Assembly: GCA_948465965.1 (NCBI GenBank)
Contig: CAOJYR010000001.1
Coordinates: forward strand, 40,353-72,352
Source: an uncultured Mycoplasmatota bacterium
Lineage (GTDB): Bacteria > Bacillota_I > Bacilli_A > RF39 > UBA660
Direction of reading: 5' to 3'
Length of the DNA: 32,000 nucleotides
Shown: in pieces, positions 1 to 9,207 of the stretch
Numbering within the stretch: the stretch's first letter is position 1
Layout of the letters: every line of letters begins with the position of its first letter
The notes under the pieces: model-generated
Told to the model about the DNA's origin: nothing
Databases searched by the model: none
What the model saw: the letters and a program-made list of their open reading frames with translations, nothing else
Translations under genes and position numbers: made by a program

Positions 1-170
1 TCATTATCCTTGTTGTTATAACTAGATAAAGTAAATTTTCTACCATTAACAACAACTTCACTTTCACCAGTGTCTTCTAATATAACACCACTTCTTATTT
101 TTACGGCATCTTTTAATTTAACAGATACATTTAATATTCTTTTTCTATTCACAATTGGCAATATTAACAT
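1..170 (-). CDS. hypothetical protein, N-terminal part only (gene runs off the left edge)
   Basis: ATG at 170-168 lies 5 nt after GAGGTGG. The frame is open to position 1 (MLILPIVNRKRILNVSVKLKDAVKIRSGVILEDTGESEVVVNGRKF...). No family recognised. Confidence 0.4.
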   Translation of the reverse strand, partial: MLILPIVNRKRILNVSVKLKDAVKIRSGVILEDTGESEVVVNGRKFTLSSYNNKDN

Positions 171-191
171 CCATACCACCTCGCAGGAGTT

Positions 192-200
192 ATTATACCA
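192..200 (-). promoter_or_regulatory. second extended -10 element TGgTATAAT upstream of the left-edge ORF
   Basis: Identical 13-nt block to 410-422. Lies about 20 nt upstream of the GAGGTGG RBS of the ORF starting at 170. Confidence 0.3.
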
Positions 201-221
201 TATATAGCATTAAAACACAAC

Positions 222-404
222 AAAAAAAGCCAGAAAAGAGCGTCCTGTCCAACGATAAAACCTGCATATTTACAGGTGGGTGTTCTTACGTCATCCTTAG
301 GATCCCTACTAATAAGCAGGTATTCAACACAGATAACTGTTCAAAACTCCCTTATCGTCACTTTAGTCGGTTTTATATGAGAACAAGTCTCGCATCTTCC
401 TGAC
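222..404 (-). ncRNA. candidate structured small RNA of about 180 nt (6S-like end-to-end closing stem); identity unproven
   Basis: GC-enriched, non-coding stretch in an AT-rich context. An extended -10 box (TGgTATAAT, 419-411) sits about 7 nt upstream. The 5' GUCAGGAAG can pair with the 3' CUUUUCUGGC, with G-U pairs, just before a U7 tract (228-222). The + strand ORF 155..403 here looks spurious. Confidence 0.3.
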
Positions 405-410
405 AATTAT

Positions 411-419
411 ATTATACCA
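411..419 (-). promoter_or_regulatory. extended -10 promoter element TGgTATAAT (drives the candidate sRNA)
   Basis: Reverse complement of attatacca. The same 13-nt string tattataccatat recurs at 191-203. Confidence 0.35.
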
Positions 420-490
420 TATCTAAAGTTTTATATACAAGTCTTTTAACAAAAATAAGTAAAAAGAATAAATTATTATAGGTGAATGAT

Positions 491-1249
491 ATGTATTATA
501 ATACAGAAGATTTTTCTATTTACTATGAAAAATTTGGTAATAAAGAAAAAACAATTCTAATCCTTCCTGGTTGGGGAGATACTAGAAAAACATTCTACAA
601 TATAATAAACTACTTTAAAGAAGATTATACTATTTATATATTTGACTATCCAGGATTTGGAAACAGCATTTTTCCAAGTAATAATTTAACAATTTATGAT
701 TATGCCAATTTAGTAAGAAATTTCATGACAGATAACAAAATAAATAATCCTATAATAATAGCACATTCATTTGGTGGAAGAATTGCAACTCTTCTTACAG
801 GTTATTATAAAGAAAAAATTGATAAACTAATTATGATTGACGCAGCCTCTATAAAACCAAGAAAAAAACCATTACAATTTCTTAAGGAAAAACTATATAA
901 ATTATTAAAGAAATTATCTTATTTGTTACCAAAAGCAAAAAGAGAAAACTATCTTCAAAGATTAATAAAAAAATTTGGATCAACAGACTACAAAAGTATT
1001 CCTAAAACAATGCAAATAACTTTTAAAAATATAGTAAATGAAGACCTAATATACTATTTAAAATCCATAGAAAGTGAAACCCTTCTTCTTTGGGGAAAAC
1101 GAGATGATGCTACTCCATTAAAAGATGGCATTAAAATGAAAAAATTAATTAAAGATTCAGCCATTATCGTTTTTCCAGAAGGAAGCCATTTTTCTTATTT
1201 AGATTATCCAATATTAACAAATAAAATAATAAAAGAATTTATAAAATAA
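491..1249 (+). CDS. alpha/beta-fold hydrolase
   Basis: Nucleophile elbow AHSFGG, an ILPGWG oxyanion region and a C-terminal GSHF (His) are present. ATG 491 is 6 nt after AGGTGA; the ORF track starts at GTG 482. Confidence 0.75.
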   Translation: MYYNTEDFSIYYEKFGNKEKTILILPGWGDTRKTFYNIINYFKEDYTIYIFDYPGFGNSIFPSNNLTIYDYANLVRNFMTDNKINNPIIIAHSFGGRIATLLTGYYKEKIDKLIMIDAASIKPRKKPLQFLKEKLYKLLKKLSYLLPKAKRENYLQRLIKKFGSTDYKSIPKTMQITFKNIVNEDLIYYLKSIESETLLLWGKRDDATPLKDGIKMKKLIKDSAIIVFPEGSHFSYLDYPILTNKIIKEFIK

Positions 1250-1274
1250 AAAGTCTAATCAAAAGACTTTTTTT
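1248..1274. terminator. bidirectional rho-independent terminator
   Basis: aaaaagtct-aatcaaa-agacttttt hairpin flanked by A and T runs, between convergent genes. Confidence 0.6.
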
Positions 1275-1944
1275 ATTGTATAATTTCATCATTAGTATCA
1301 TCTAATGAGCGAACAACAATTTTTGAATGAAAATGTTTATTTGACATATCATCGTTGAACGTATTAGATACCCATATTCTAATAGAATGATTAACCTCTT
1401 CCTCACCAGATAATGTTTCTGAAAAAATTTGATAACTATCCTTCATTCCTTTAAGACTAATAGGCTTTTCCCCATCAATACTATATTTCAAAACATCCAC
1501 CTCAAGCAATTTATCCTGGCATTTGTCAGCTTCTATCATATCATAGTCCATTTCCAATTTAACAACATATGTACTCTTACCTTTCCTGTTATTAGTTATT
1601 GTAAAATAATAAGGTTTTGTTTTAAGACCATCCTGATCATCTAATGGATCTGAATTGACTAAGCTAATTATATCACCTAAACCTTTATTATCATCATTAA
1701 AGGAAACATTAAACCCTCCAGTCCTTAAAATATTATTTTCTCCTGTTTTTTGCACTGACGAAAAAGTAAAAAAGGCAGTGATCAAAATAACTATTAAAAT
1801 AGATACAACAGAAATGATAGTAAGTTCTACTTCACGAGCTTTCATTCTACTAATAACACTTCTAACTTGTATCCCATTTCCCCTTTTAATTTGAGAAATC
1901 GTTAATTTTTTCTTGTTTCTTTTTCTTACCTTTTTCTCTTCCAT
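1273..1944 (-). CDS. membrane-anchored hypothetical protein
   Basis: ATG 1944 (MEEKKVRKRNKK...) lies 6 nt after GGATGGAG. One TM segment (LTIISVVSILIVILITAFF). The track start at 2019 lacks an RBS. Confidence 0.5.
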   Translation of the reverse strand: MEEKKVRKRNKKKLTISQIKRGNGIQVRSVISRMKAREVELTIISVVSILIVILITAFFTFSSVQKTGENNILRTGGFNVSFNDDNKGLGDIISLVNSDPLDDQDGLKTKPYYFTITNNRKGKSTYVVKLEMDYDMIEADKCQDKLLEVDVLKYSIDGEKPISLKGMKDSYQIFSETLSGEEEVNHSIRIWVSNTFNDDMSNKHFHSKIVVRSLDDTNDEIIQ

Positions 1945-2024
1945 TATAATCTCCATCCATTCATATTGCCTATCATCTATATCTAATAAAAGTATAACAA
2001 AACCAAATAACGAAAACAAGCAAT

Positions 2025-2843
2025 TTATTTTCTTATTTCACGTTTAATCAATTTAGCATGTAATACCATTTTTTCATTATTATTATAACAAGTAGATAAA
2101 GTTATAATTTTATCATTTTCTAATACTTCAGTATTAAAATTATAAACACTTCTACCTCGAATAAGATGAATAAAACTATTAAATTGACTACTATTACCAA
2201 AATTAATATTCAAATAATCATCTGTAGTTTTGATATGATAAATACTAAACACTTCATATAAATAATTATTATTTGGAGTAGAAATTTTCACTAAGAAATT
2301 ACTATCATTAGAAAACCATTCCTGCCTCAAAGTACTTTTTAAACTCCCAAACATAGTTCCATCCACTCTACCATGAGCATAAATAATTGTATTTTTATCT
2401 AATTCATCAATATTATTTCGATAATCTAAAAACACCCAACCTGCATCATTATATTTTTTATTAAAAGAATGCTTTAAATAATAACTATTATCGCTATGTT
2501 GTACAAAAGGGTAATCTATATTAGTACCTAAAACCTTTATCCAACCAACAACTTCATTATTAACCTCCTGTAATTTAGAAAAGTCAACACGAAGCAATTT
2601 CTCATTATGATATTTACTATTTCCATATACTTCTGTTAAAGAACCATCCCCCGCTTCACTTCTTTTAGCCTTATCTTGAACATTCCTAATTTCATTGTTT
2701 GTATTCATATTATCAATCCACCAAGAAACTATCCTGTAAAAGGAATACATCATCAACAAACTAAAAAATATAAGTAAAACGAATAATATAATTGTCTTAA
2801 TTTTTCTTCTAGATCTTCTCCTAACCCTAAATATCCCCATCAC
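2025..2843 (-). CDS. class B-type sortase (transpeptidase)
   Basis: N-terminal TM anchor, catalytic His context IIYAHG, the TLSTC active-site motif, and a C-terminal Arg region. Confidence 0.75.
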   Translation of the reverse strand: MMGIFRVRRRSRRKIKTIILFVLLIFFSLLMMYSFYRIVSWWIDNMNTNNEIRNVQDKAKRSEAGDGSLTEVYGNSKYHNEKLLRVDFSKLQEVNNEVVGWIKVLGTNIDYPFVQHSDNSYYLKHSFNKKYNDAGWVFLDYRNNIDELDKNTIIYAHGRVDGTMFGSLKSTLRQEWFSNDSNFLVKISTPNNNYLYEVFSIYHIKTTDDYLNINFGNSSQFNSFIHLIRGRSVYNFNTEVLENDKIITLSTCYNNNEKMVLHAKLIKREIRK

Positions 2844-4213
2844 TACTCTCCTATTTTATCTAAAATATAATTAGAAACATCCTCTGTTTTTAATGTAATC
2901 TGTTCCATAGTATCCCTGTCTCTTACAGTGACTGTACCATTATTTATAGTCTCATCATCAACTGTAATACAATATGGAGTACCAATCGCATCACTTCTTC
3001 TGTAGCGTTTACCAATAGATCCAGTCTCATCATAGCTTGTCATAAATTTAGAGCTTAACTCACTATAAAGTTCTTTAGCCTTTTCTCCATGATATTTTTT
3101 ATTTAAAGGTAAAACAGCTACTTTATATGGAGCAAGATATGGAGTTAACTTCATAACTTCACGTCTATCTCCACCCTCAAGTTCTTCCACTGTATAAGCA
3201 TTATCTAAAACAGCTAAAACTAATCGATCACATCCAACAGTAGACTCAATGATATAAGGAATATATTTTTCATTAGTTATAGGATCCAAATATTCTTGGG
3301 ATACAGTAGAATACTCTTGATGACGACTCAAATCATAATTGGTTCTATTATGGGTTCCATTAATCTCTCCCCATCCAAAACTAAATTGATATTCAATATC
3401 ACATGCCTCTTTTGCATAATGAGCAAGTTTTTCATGATCATGATATCTTAACTTCTCTTCTGGAATTCCCAAATCTATAAAATATTTTTTAGCATATTCT
3501 CTAAAATAATTATAAAGATCTGAATCAAATCCTTCCTTACAAAATGTTTGATATTCCATTTGTTCAAATTCTATAGTTCTAAAAGTAAAGTTACCTGGAG
3601 TAATCTCATTTCGAAATGCTTTACCAATTTGACCAATACTAAACGGAAGCTTAGCTCTCATACTTCTTTGAACATTTAAGAAATTAACGTATTCTCCTTG
3701 TGCATTCTCAGGGCGCAAATAAACTTTATTTTTTCCATCTTCTGTAACACCGCGATGTGTTTCGAACATTAAATTAAATTGTCTAATATTCGTATAATCA
3801 CTCTTACCACACTTTGGACAAGGTACTTTATGTTCGCGAATATATTCCATCATCTCTTCTTGTGTCATACCATCCGCATGAGCATCAGGATCAAAATCAT
3901 CAATTAAGTTATCAGCACGATGCCTCATTTTACAACTCTTACAATCGATTAATGGATCCGAAAAACTTCCAACATGACCACTTGCTTCCCAAACACGAGG
4001 ATGCATTAAAATAGCCGCATCAACTTCATAAGCATTGGGACGTTGTTGTATAAATCTTTTCCTCCAAGAATCCTTAATATTATTCTTTAATCTCGCTCCA
4101 AGTGGTCCATAATCCCATGTATTCGCAAGGCCTCCATATATCTCACTCCCTTGAAATATAAAACCATATTGCTTACAATAATTTACTAATTTCTCCATTG
4201 TTAACTTTTCCAT
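2843..4213 (-). CDS. glyQS: glycine--tRNA ligase, single-chain type
   Basis: N-terminus KQYGFIFQGSEIYGGLANTWDYGPLG plus class II aaRS motifs throughout. AGGAGG lies 6 nt before the ATG. A T-box leader lies upstream. Confidence 0.95.
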   Translation of the reverse strand: MEKLTMEKLVNYCKQYGFIFQGSEIYGGLANTWDYGPLGARLKNNIKDSWRKRFIQQRPNAYEVDAAILMHPRVWEASGHVGSFSDPLIDCKSCKMRHRADNLIDDFDPDAHADGMTQEEMMEYIREHKVPCPKCGKSDYTNIRQFNLMFETHRGVTEDGKNKVYLRPENAQGEYVNFLNVQRSMRAKLPFSIGQIGKAFRNEITPGNFTFRTIEFEQMEYQTFCKEGFDSDLYNYFREYAKKYFIDLGIPEEKLRYHDHEKLAHYAKEACDIEYQFSFGWGEINGTHNRTNYDLSRHQEYSTVSQEYLDPITNEKYIPYIIESTVGCDRLVLAVLDNAYTVEELEGGDRREVMKLTPYLAPYKVAVLPLNKKYHGEKAKELYSELSSKFMTSYDETGSIGKRYRRSDAIGTPYCITVDDETINNGTVTVRDRDTMEQITLKTEDVSNYILDKIGE

Positions 4214-4445
4214 ATGTATCCTCCTTAAAATTAAAAAACTTCTAAAATTTATAAGGACGAGTTTTCCCGCGGTTCCACCTTACTTATTCTAGAAGAATCA
4301 TCTTTAACTTATACTGCTCGTAGCTTTCCACACCAGTCATCACACTTATCACTTAAAATAATACCTGTTTTACTTAAAAATGTCAATATTTTTAATTCTA
4401 CTTTCAGCAATCATGAAATAATTAATTTTCTCTTTTCACATCATT
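4214..4445 (-). promoter_or_regulatory. T-box leader (tRNA-sensing riboswitch) of glyQS
   Basis: The minus strand reads AAGGTGGAACCGCGGG (4281-4266), matching the conserved T-box antiterminator sequence. A GA/K-turn-like TGATGTGAAAAGAG lies near 4440. A possible specifier GGU followed by A lies at 4365-4362. The 5' boundary is approximate. Confidence 0.75.
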
Positions 4446-4487
4446 TTACATACTTAGTATTTAATAATCTCATTTATACAATATATA

Positions 4488-5408
4488 TTATGCAACATCA
4501 TCTATTTTATTTATCTGCTCTTTAGTCAAATGGGTATACTTAGATATAAATTCGATATCTATATCATCTTTTAACATCGCTTTAGCTATTTCTTTGGAAC
4601 CTTCTTGTTTACCTAAATCCTTCCATGCCCATTCCTTGTCATAACTTTCTCCAAAAAACTCATCTTCTACTACTTCCTCTGCTTCTTTTATATATTCTTC
4701 CATAATCTCCAAGTCTCCTCCTAATTCTTTTGAAGTTAGAATATCTGGCTCTATTAATCCTAGTGCATATCTTTCTTCTTCACTTAGTCTTTGTATGCCA
4801 CTAGTATACCATTTTCGTCTTAAATTTGGAATATAGATTTGAATAAATATTAACTTATCATTTAATACGACTCCTTCATCATTTTTAATCATATAAATAT
4901 CTATTATTTTATCATTCCCCTTAAAAGAAAAGTTATTCCAGTTGAATTGAATCACCTGTGTATAAGAATAGTCACTATTTCTTTTTACTTTACTTGCATA
5001 AAGTCTATGAGCATATTCCATATTTCGCTCTAGTACTTCTTTACTACTATTATTATTTATTTCTATATTTATTTTAATATCATTCACTATCGCAACATAA
5101 TCACATCTCTCTCCTTTATTTCTTTCTTTATCTTTATCCAATTCTCCTTTTGATAATTTAATATTATTTAGTAAGTCTTCATATTCAATATCTAGGTAAT
5201 ACGATAAAAACTTAGCCGAATACTTTATTCTGTTCTCATTATAAAACATAGTTTTAAACATACTATCTGACATTATAGATGGCTTTTGTCCTTCTTTCAA
5301 TTTTTCAATTTTTACTGAATCCTTATATGAAACAATATTATCATATAAAGACTTATAATTATAATCTCTTAATTTTAACACTTTATTCCTCCCAATAGTT
5401 TGACTCAT
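4488..5408 (-). CDS. PD-(D/E)XK nuclease family, putative transposase (Rpn/YhgA-like), island-flanking copy 1
   Basis: FKTMFYNENRIKYSAKFLSYYL...CDYVA...INIEINNN fits the Rpn-like D...ExQ/N core. Paralogous to 11639..12448. An alternative start is ATG 5273. Confidence 0.55.
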   Translation of the reverse strand: MSQTIGRNKVLKLRDYNYKSLYDNIVSYKDSVKIEKLKEGQKPSIMSDSMFKTMFYNENRIKYSAKFLSYYLDIEYEDLLNNIKLSKGELDKDKERNKGERCDYVAIVNDIKINIEINNNSSKEVLERNMEYAHRLYASKVKRNSDYSYTQVIQFNWNNFSFKGNDKIIDIYMIKNDEGVVLNDKLIFIQIYIPNLRRKWYTSGIQRLSEEERYALGLIEPDILTSKELGGDLEIMEEYIKEAEEVVEDEFFGESYDKEWAWKDLGKQEGSKEIAKAMLKDDIDIEFISKYTHLTKEQINKIDDVA

Positions 5409-5580
5409 TCGAATAAGTAGATAAACTATAACAGGAGAAACAATTTATTGCAAACTATACTTTTTACAAATACAAAAGAAAAAGATTAAGAAAAAATTAT
5501 ATTCTCCTAATCAATTATTTAAATTTATATAGATTACTTATTTTCTTTTACAAGTTTACAACAAACAATGAATAGTAATT

Positions 5581-7188
5581 TCATCTATGCATATTTACAT
5601 TAGAGTAATGGTTACTTGTATCAAGCAATAATCTTTTAAGTTGTTCATCTGTTATATTTATTACTTTTCCACCCTTAGGATTAATTTTTTTACCACCAAA
5701 AACAATCCATATTGCATCAATACTCCTATCTGGCATACTAGATTCTCCATCGGTAAAGATTATCTTGTTTTCAACTCTCCCAGTAAATACATTAACAGCA
5801 ACATCAAAGTTTGTTCCACCACCACCAAGAAATGGCATATTATCAATATCATTTTGATTTCTAATCTCGGTAAACCCATAAAATTCATCATCGAAACATC
5901 CTACTTTTACTTTAGATTCTTTTAAAATGTTTTTACATTCTCTTAAAAAATTCCTTAATAGCGTTTCAGAAACAGACCCACTTGTATCTAATAATATCTC
6001 AGTCTCAGGCTTAGGCATTTGTTCAAGATAAGGAGTTACTACGCCATCCTCTATAGAAGCATTTCTATAAGACCAATCAACATCATACCTCACAGCCTCT
6101 TTCAAGAGATATCTCCAATCGATTAATGGTTTACTTACACCTATATCAGTTACCTTTCTTTCATCACCATTTGACCCCTTCCCAGAACAATGTGACTGAC
6201 TAGCAAGTGATTTTCTTAATTCCTCCAATTGCTTTATTCGATCTATACTATTCTGTTTAAAAGATTTCTTTTCACCTAAATCTGTCAATTTTTTAATTTG
6301 TTGTTCCTTCTCTTTTCGCTTTTCATTCTTTTCCCTTTGAAAATTAGTTTTGGCATCCTCTGAAGTTTTCTCTATTGTTTGCTCATCTTGATTCGCATTA
6401 CCCTTTTTATCATTCCAATCCTTATGAAAAACTCTATCAAAAAAGCCTCTTTTATCTTTGGAGTTTATATTACCTTTAGTACCAACCATATCCGTATCAC
6501 TTGATTGTTGTACCGAATTGTCCTCTAAACCACTATCCTGTTTTTCATGTTGAAAGTCTTGATGTGGTGATTGTTCTAATTTATTATTATTAGCATCCTC
6601 ATCCTCTTGACGTCTTTTCTGGACACCCTTTTGCCACATATTATGTGTATCATACCCCACATCTATATTAGATGCTTGAGAATTTTCACTAGAACCTGAC
6701 CTGCTTTCATTTTGAGAATTCTGTTTCTGGGGACTAATACTATCCTGTGATTCATTACTGTTTTTATCCTGATGCCTTTTCTTATCCTCTAATAATTTCT
6801 CATAAAAAGACTCAGCATCATAATAAATAGCCTCTGGAATATTAATACTATCTTTTGGAATTACTATACCATCTTGTTTTAAATTAGCATTTACAACAGC
6901 ATCCGTTGCTATATTCCAAAGTTCAGGATCCTTCCCTTCACTTCTAAAAATATGATCAAAAGCTATATGACATATTTCATGTGCAAAAAGATACAATCTT
7001 TCTTCTTCTGTTGCATTCCTTAAATAATCTGGATGATAATAAACATTAGTTCCATCCGTCCCTCCAGTTGGTTGACCATTAGAATAACAATTGCTATCTT
7101 CTATATAATTTGTATTTGCTACTATACTTCCAAAAAAAGGATACTTAACTAATAACTTTCTTTTAATTGCTTCAATATCCACTTTCAA
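5581..7188 (-). CDS. putative Zn-metallopeptidase (HExxH) fused to a VWA domain (DUF2201-like), with a long low-complexity linker
   Basis: N-terminal FAHEICHIAFDH...ATDAVVN (HExxH). C-terminal ILLDTSGSVS (DxSGS MIDAS-type motif). A central linker of about 200 aa is rich in Q/S/N/E/K. Confidence 0.7.
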   Translation of the reverse strand: MKVDIEAIKRKLLVKYPFFGSIVANTNYIEDSNCYSNGQPTGGTDGTNVYYHPDYLRNATEEERLYLFAHEICHIAFDHIFRSEGKDPELWNIATDAVVNANLKQDGIVIPKDSINIPEAIYYDAESFYEKLLEDKKRHQDKNSNESQDSISPQKQNSQNESRSGSSENSQASNIDVGYDTHNMWQKGVQKRRQEDEDANNNKLEQSPHQDFQHEKQDSGLEDNSVQQSSDTDMVGTKGNINSKDKRGFFDRVFHKDWNDKKGNANQDEQTIEKTSEDAKTNFQREKNEKRKEKEQQIKKLTDLGEKKSFKQNSIDRIKQLEELRKSLASQSHCSGKGSNGDERKVTDIGVSKPLIDWRYLLKEAVRYDVDWSYRNASIEDGVVTPYLEQMPKPETEILLDTSGSVSETLLRNFLRECKNILKESKVKVGCFDDEFYGFTEIRNQNDIDNMPFLGGGGTNFDVAVNVFTGRVENKIIFTDGESSMPDRSIDAIWIVFGGKKINPKGGKVINITDEQLKRLLLDTSNHYSNVNMHR

Positions 7189-7198
7189 ATTTATATCC

Positions 7199-7597
7199 CT
7201 AAATATGCACCATCAATGAATATACTTCTTCACTAATTGGCTTTTCCTCTAGATTAGTAGCTGTTACAATAATAAAACAATTTCTTGGTAAGTCAAAGGT
7301 ACTAATTTTCTTATATTTTAATATTTCAATAAATTTTGTTTGTTTATCTAGTTTAAGTTGATTTATATTATCTATAATTAGTATTGCAGGTTTATCCTTA
7401 TTATTTGTTAATTCATAGTACCAATCAGGTGCTCTAAAAGTAAAACCTTCATAATGCCCATTTAATAATGAAATATCACAATTTGCATCTATTATGACAG
7501 CATTTTCAAAAATATTCGCAGGAATATCTTCTAACAAAATTGGAGACATACCTGATCGAATATATCCATCTAACATCGCTAATCTCTCTTTGTTCAT
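7199..7597 (-). CDS. small AAA-like protein lacking a Walker A motif
   Basis: PAILIIDNINQL resembles Walker B and CFIIVTATN resembles sensor 1, but no GxxxxGK(S/T) is present. The start overlaps the upstream stop (ATGA, 7597-7594). Confidence 0.45.
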   Translation of the reverse strand: MNKERLAMLDGYIRSGMSPILLEDIPANIFENAVIIDANCDISLLNGHYEGFTFRAPDWYYELTNNKDKPAILIIDNINQLKLDKQTKFIEILKYKKISTFDLPRNCFIIVTATNLEEKPISEEVYSLMVHI

Positions 7598-9207
7598 CGA
7601 CTCATTCCTCCTTCCGATAGCTCAACCATTTTTAATTCTGCTATTTTCTCTAGTCTAGACTCATCACCATGGGACCACAAGCTATCAAAAGTAGCTCCAA
7701 TTTCTGGTCCTAATTTCATAACAAAATTTCTTATAGTTAGTAAATTACTATCATCAACTGAGGAAAGCCCAACTGCTGTTGCAAACTTCTGTGCTGTATT
7801 CATTTCTAAATCCTCTTCTGTATAATTACCATTCAATACATCTTCAACCGTTATAACTCGCTGCCTAGTAAATGCAGTAAAATCTCTTGTTAACTCCTCT
7901 CCAATTAATGCCCTTAACATTTCAGGTTGCCCTGTAGCATACAAAACTTTAGATGCCATCTCCCATTTTCTGGGATCTGCATTTGGTTTTTCCCCATTAT
8001 AGGGAGTCCTTAGAACATCCTTACCACCAGAGGATTTATAAGCAACATATGCATATATTGAAGGATGAATTGTTAATTGTTCCTCTTCTTTTTTATAATT
8101 CAATCTTTCATATTGCTTTTTTGGAGTGGATGCCCATTGAAGCCAATTATCAACTGTTGTATTTATATATACATGAGCAAAACGATTAAATAGTGGTTCT
8201 GCCATTGTATTCGCAGCTAGAGAATCATTTAAATCATTTCCTGCAGCAACAATACGTACATTTTCTGGTAATTTCCAAATACCATTTACTTCTTTGTCCA
8301 AAACAATATTAAACGCCATACCCTGAATAGAAGGAAGCGCATTTGTAATTTCATCAAAAAATACAATATGCAATTTATCAGGTTCATCTTCACATTTCTT
8401 TTTAATTTTAGAAAGCCAAGTTGGAGCTACATCAATCATCTCTCCAGTTGCAGAATTAAAAACACTTTTTCCATTCAAACTCTCAGGAGTTGCATTCCTT
8501 AAATAAATAATCTCACAATCAGGATCAAATTGTTTTACTCTTGCACTTTTACCCTCACTACTTCTACCATGCAAAAAAACCGCAATATTACTTTCCAACG
8601 CACCCCTAATAATTTCTTCTTCTGATACATTTTCAAAATTAAAACCATATGGATTTTGTCTTCTCTCCATTCGTTTTCTTTCTTCATCTGTTAAAGGTTT
8701 GCTTTCTACAAATGATCTATTCTGCATTAAATCAGTTGAAAAATACGTATCCATATATTGTTTTATATCTGTTGTACTAAAATCCCCTTTATAATCTCTC
8801 TTATGTTTAAATTGAACCCCTGCAAATAATATCTTCTCACTAAGCATAATTCCTGATTGCTCATCAACTATCCACTTAACAGGTTCTACTTCTACCCAAA
8901 CATAATCTCCATCGACATACTCACACCCATTAGATAGTGTAAATTTACTACCACCAAAATCTGAATTCGCCAAAACCCTTACATATCTTTTATTATCATA
9001 TTCATATTCATCTATAGTCCTCGGTAAAAACTTTTCATCATATTCATCATATTTTCTTGAATCAACAGTATATGTATTACCTGTTCGTCTCATTCTACCG
9101 CTATGATACGCTTGCTCTAATGTAGACTGCATAAGTTGCGTAGCCACAGTTTGTGGATAGAATCCATACTCAACTTCTAAAATACCGTCATCCGCTCTTC
9201 TACTCAC
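7594..9207 (-). CDS. MoxR-like AAA+ ATPase with an N-terminal beta-rich (DUF6273-like) region; probable body of the DGR target
   Basis: Walker A GRSSEGKS, Walker B HIVFFDEITN, sensor-1 VRIVAAGN. The track start GTG 9207 has no spaced RBS, and the frame stays open upstream through the VR to 9303. Confidence 0.75.
   Translation of the reverse strand: MSRRADDGILEVEYGFYPQTVATQLMQSTLEQAYHSGRMRRTGNTYTVDSRKYDEYDEKFLPRTIDEYEYDNKRYVRVLANSDFGGSKFTLSNGCEYVDGDYVWVEVEPVKWIVDEQSGIMLSEKILFAGVQFKHKRDYKGDFSTTDIKQYMDTYFSTDLMQNRSFVESKPLTDEERKRMERRQNPYGFNFENVSEEEIIRGALESNIAVFLHGRSSEGKSARVKQFDPDCEIIYLRNATPESLNGKSVFNSATGEMIDVAPTWLSKIKKKCEDEPDKLHIVFFDEITNALPSIQGMAFNIVLDKEVNGIWKLPENVRIVAAGNDLNDSLAANTMAEPLFNRFAHVYINTTVDNWLQWASTPKKQYERLNYKKEEEQLTIHPSIYAYVAYKSSGGKDVLRTPYNGEKPNADPRKWEMASKVLYATGQPEMLRALIGEELTRDFTAFTRQRVITVEDVLNGNYTEEDLEMNTAQKFATAVGLSSVDDSNLLTIRNFVMKLGPEIGATFDSLWSHGDESRLEKIAELKMVELSEGGMSR

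Noticed and set aside
155-403. + strand ORF of 82 aa
   Set aside because: It has no RBS and an odd composition, and it lies exactly over the GC-rich candidate sRNA on the opposite strand.
1273-2843. The ORF adjacent to the sortase as its substrate
   Set aside because: No C-terminal LPXTG or NPQTN-type sorting signal followed by a hydrophobic and basic tail is present in 1273..1944, or in any other ORF in this window.
4358-4386. TTGACA-17 nt-TATTAT as the glyQS promoter
   Set aside because: It leaves only about 70 nt before the T-box sequence, too short for the Stem I that a T-box needs. It is probably a chance match in AT-rich leader sequence, and the real promoter is likely further upstream (not confidently located).
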